From contig JAGIQG010000025.1 in the NCBI GenBank assembly GCA_024679065.1, positions 10,292,001 through 10,356,000 on the forward strand: a DNA stretch of 64,000 bases. The letters are read 5' to 3'. Source of the stretch: Sphyrna mokarran. Lineage: Eukaryota. Shown piece by piece: positions 59,761 through 64,000 of this stretch (its first letter is position 1; each line of letters begins with the position of its first letter). The notes below the pieces were generated by a model. That model did not search any database, was not told the DNA's origin, and saw only the letters and a list, made by a program, of their open reading frames with translations. The translations under genes and the position numbers were made by a program.

Positions 59761-61599
59761 AGAAAAAGTCAATATGGTCTAGATAAACACAAGGTTTTAT
59801 TACGGAGGAAGTTTCAGGGCTTCAACCCATTGATGGTGAAGGAATGGTGATTGTAGAACTGGTTTTTCACTTTTGAAATGGGTATCAGGAGTCAGGAAAT
59901 TTCCTGACGGTGGCGATGCTCACATGAATTGGGCTCACTGTCCCTAGAAAGAGTTGGGAGGCATTCTCATGGGCTGTATGTCCTAAGGACAACTAGTCTA
60001 CCTTTGTGCTCTGAGCTTCATACCAGTTATAATAAACAGGAAATCACCACGCTCCATGCACCATGCCCCACATATGCTACCTCCTACCCCTCCACCCATA
60101 CCTATCTCTCCATGACTCCTCATATCCTTTATATTAAGCTCTGACATTCCATGTCCATTCATCCAATATACACTGTGTATAAAACTGATGAACCCTATCA
60201 TGACAATAGGATGTTCTGGAGTAATTTCTAGCCAAAACTCCTTGTCCTTGGTGAAGAACATGTTCCGTTTTGCTTTCCCGCAATACTATCTGCCCTTTTG
60301 TTGCTGTTGTAAGATTTCTTCAGTTTTTGGAGGCTTTAACAAGTTAAATACCAAATGTAGCATTCTCTTTAGCATTCTTTAGCATTCACATTACAGGAAG
60401 GGTTTTGATTGTAGAATGGGTAGTATTCATATCCATTGGTAAGAATTGGTTAAGATGTTTGATCAACAAACCTTTGTTCCTGGTTTGGACAAAGCATCCT
60501 GCTAGTCCATTCATAACAGTATGGTATGGGGAAGACCTAATAGATTGAATACCATACTTTTTCAGTAAACTTTTAAATTCTTGTAAGACAAATTGAGGTA
60601 TGTTACCAATTAACAATTGTTCAGGGAGTTCAAACCTACTTAAAACTTTGAGTCTGTCCATAATCTTTTCCAATTAAGTAGATTTCATTATCAAAACTGC
60701 TGGCCACTTTGAGCATCGACCATTACTAAGAATACCTTCAAAGGTCCTGCAAAGACTACATGCACTCGTTGCCAAACCTCTTCTGGCTATTCCTATGAAT
60801 GCAGCAATGCTAAGAATGACAGGTTATTTTCTTCACACATGAAGTACATGTTCCAGCTTCCTCTTCAATCCCTACATCCAATCCAGGCCACCAGAAAAAA
60901 CTCCCGGCTATTTCCTTTATGCTTACAATTTCACAGTAGTCCTTGAGCAACTTGTCTAACACTCATCTTCTCAATGGTGACAGAATTATCACTCCGAGCT
61001 TTCAAAGAAGACATTTTGACTGTTTTGACAGCTCAAATCTTCCAGAGGAGTACAATGTCAAGTCAGATGTTAGTTCTGAGGACTTCTTTCGTAAGACCAT
61101 CACAGTCACGAAGAGTATCGGATCACTGCAAGTGTACTTCCTCACTGGTCCATAAGTGACTGGTGTACTGTCTACCTGTTCAAAGTAGAAGATATTCCTG
61201 CTTGAATAGTTTGATGATTTGTTAGCTAGCAAACTATTTAGTAGTGGGAACCTTTAAAGTCCAATGTAGACTTGATTATTGATACTTGATGGTATATGTA
61301 TGTGTAGCCAAAAACAGTGCTATAGTTGCATTCTATGTCCAGCCAGTGACGGAATTTCCAAAAATGGTAGATAATGGATGATGGTCTATCAATAATGTAA
61401 ATTTTCTTCAGTCCAGGAATTGATGGAATTTCTTTACTCCAAGGATAATCTCTAATGCTTTGCTTACAATTTCAGCCTTGCTCAATGTTCAAGATGCGAA
61501 AGCATTGGGTCTTTCTTCACCTGATGACATGATGTTGGAAGGCACCACTCCAAATCTTAAGAGGATGTGTCACACACTTCTTATGAGTCATACACAATG

Positions 61600-62468
61600 T
61601 GTGTGGAGGACACAGAATGTTTAAGTGAGTGGGCAAGCTTCTGGCAGATGGAGTACAGCGTTGGTAAATGTGAGGTCATCCATTTTGGTTAGAATAACAG
61701 CAAAATGGACTATTATTTAAATAATAAAAAATTGCAGCATGCTGCTGTGCAGAAGGTCTTGGGTGTCCTTGTGCTTGCATCACGAAACATTGGTTTGCTG
61801 GTGCAGCAGGTAATTAAGAAGGCGAATGGAATTTTGTCCTTCATTGCTAGAGGGATAGAGTTTAAAAAGAGGGAGGTTATTTTGCAGCTGTATAAGGTGC
61901 TGGTGAGGCACACCTCGAGTTTTGTGTACAGTTTTGGTCTCCTTACTTGAGAAAGGTATACTGGCACTAGATGGGGTGGAGAGGAGATTCATTGGGATTC
62001 CAGAGGTGAGATGGTTTGCTTTTGAGGAAAGACTGAGTAGACTGGGACTATTCTCATGAGAATTTAGAAGAATGAGAGGAGATCTTATAGAAACATATAA
62101 AATTATGAAGGGAATAACAAAATAGAAGCAGGGAAGTTGTTTCCAGTGGCAGGTGAAACTAGAATTAGGGGGCATGGCCTCAAAATAAGGGGGAGCAGAT
62201 TTAGGACTGAGTTGAGGAGGAACTTCTCCACCCAAAGGGTTATGAATCTGTGGAATCTGTGAAGCACTCGAGGCTATCTCATTGTACGTTTATCGTGCAA
62301 AGAGAGAGAGATAGATTTTTGAACAGTAATGGAATTAAGGGTTATGGTGAGTGGTGACTATGTGGAGCTGAGTCCACAAAAAGATCATCCATGATCTTAT
62401 TGAATGGCAGAAGGGCTCAAGGGGCCAAATAGCCTACTCCTACTTCTACTTCTTATGTCCTAACTATG
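61600..62468 (+). mobile_element. CR1 LINE 3' ~870 bp inserted in the Gypsy element
   Basis: EWASFWQMEYSVGKCEVIHFG..VQQVIKKANGILSFIARGIEFK..LYKVLVR, tail gcctactcctacttctacttcttatg. Confidence 0.92.
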
Positions 62469-62566
62469 GAATAGGATCAAAATGTGTAAGACCTTCAAAT
62501 TTGAATAACGTTTCTTTGGCTTGCATGAAAGCATTATTGCCTTGATCCGACCACTTCCACTTCTTC

Positions 62567-62867
62567 GTAGAATCCTACAGTGCAGAAGTAGGCCATTTGG
62601 CCCATTGAACTTGCACTGACAACAGGCCCACCCAGGTCCTATTCCCATAACCCTATGCATTTACCCTGTTAATCCCCTGACACTAAAGACAATTTAGCAT
62701 GGCCAATCAACCTACGCGCACATCTTTGGAATGTGAGAGGTAACTGTAGCACCGAGAGGAAACCCATGTAGACTTGAGTAGAATGTGCAAACTCCACACA
62801 GTCACCTGAGGCTGGAATTGAACTCGGTTCCTCGTTCAGTGAGGCAGCAGTGCTAACACTGTGCCAC
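62567..62867 (-). mobile_element. HE1 V-SINE, type I tail, inserted in the Gypsy element
   Basis: gtagaatcctacagtgcagaagtaggccatttggccc (reverse tail) through gaggcagcagtgctaacactgtgccac (reverse head). Gypsy frame resumes on both sides. Confidence 0.9.
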
Positions 62868-64000
62868 AAAACGTTATGCAATGGTTTTAAAATTGTTGCT
62901 AAATTTGGAACAAATTTTCCATAGTAGCTCCTAGGAAGAATTGCAACTATTTAATAACCTAAGGTGCAGGCACTTCTGTGATTGCCTTGACCTTCTGAGG
63001 AGATTTGTGAAGAACCGTGGCATCATTCACATGTCCCAAATATTGAAAGAACTCAAATTTGTCCCTGTAGACTCTCAATCCATAGTCTTCCAATCTCTGA
63101 AGGGTGGCATCCAAATTCCGAAGGCGTTCCTTTTTTGTCTCTTCCAGTGGCCAGGATGTCATCAGATAGCACTGGACTCCACTTAGTCCACTAGAATCTG
63201 ATCCATTACTATTTGAAATAATTCAATGGCAGATGTGTTACCAAATCTTCGGTACCAGAACAAGTCTTTATGTGTCACGATTGTCAGAAGATCCTGTGAT
63301 TTCTTGCACATGTTAATCTTCAGTAAGCCTGGCTTATGTCAATTTTGCTAAAATGTTGGCCTCCTGTTAATCCTGTAAATCGGCCATCAATATGGAGTAA
63401 TTGGTACTGTTGTGCACATCATATTGGTTTTAGCATGGCTTTGAAGTCTGCAAATTCTTATCATGGCTTTGAAGTCTGCAATTCTTATGGATCCATCTTC
63501 CTTGATGACTGGTATTATTGGTGTGGCCCATTCACTAATGCTGAAAAGGTTCCAGAACTCTCATCTTTACATCGTTCCTAGTTAATCTCCACTTTTAGTC
63601 TGATAGTGTTGAGTACTGACTTTGACATCTAGCGTTTTGCTTAGCTTGCTTCTCTAATTTCTCTGTGACTTCTTTCATTCTCCCCAGTCTCCATCAAACA
63701 CAACTGTGTTTTGTGAGGCCTGTTTCTCCATTAGCCATCAGGTTGATTGGGTCCAGTTCAGTTGAATCTTCTGTAACCTTGTTCAACTATCAAAGTTGGA
63801 TAATTGCCCTTTACTACATATTTGTAGGAAATTTGTCTCTGTGGCCCTTCAGTCAAACCACTTCATTTGTATATCTAATATTATTCTTGAAGCTTTCAAC
63901 GGAATCTGTCTTCAGTTTTTCCTTATATGCATTCGCTGGCACCAGCCAGACTGCTGTGCCACTGTTTACTTCCATTCTTACTGGCTAATTTTGGCACCGA

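Larger units (their letters stand above)
60200..64000 (-). mobile_element. Degraded Ty3/Gypsy pol (protease-RT-RNaseH-integrase order), interrupted by CR1 and SINE; runs off the window end
   Basis: Integrase core RFELPEQLLIGNIPQFV..SSPYHTVMNGLA (60386-60673). RNaseH remnants 61300-61580. KKWKWS..LTHFDP (62470-62566). RT LQRLEDYGLRV..YLGH (62959-63162) and RIxDFK (~63470). Confidence 0.88.

Overview
Vertebrate genomic DNA, very probably from an elasmobranch (shark/ray), judging by HE1-type V-SINEs, HER1/CR1 tails, DeuSINE-like and Harbinger-derived repeats. The window lies inside one + strand protein-coding gene, argininosuccinate synthase (ASS1). Six consecutive GT-AG exons (71, 31, 91, 85, 65 and 132 nt; 475 nt in total) splice in frame to [159 protein letters not shown], equivalent to about residues 166-324 of human ASS1. 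None of these exons appears in frame in the ORF track. The other >99% is intron (one intron is 32 kb). It is filled with decayed and often nested CR1, L2, Rex1/Babar, Penelope, Gypsy, PIF/Harbinger, MITE and SINE copies, plus several repeat-free, motif-dense blocks that look like conserved non-coding enhancers. I found no intact novel gene system. The best leads are a V-SINE with two alternative LINE-derived tails, a CR1 derivative that keeps ORF1 but lacks most of ORF2, an LF-SINE-like relic, a micro-hairpin/MITE series and a possible enhancer array inside ASS1. Repeat family names come from remembered consensus motifs, not database searches, and repeat boundaries are approximate.
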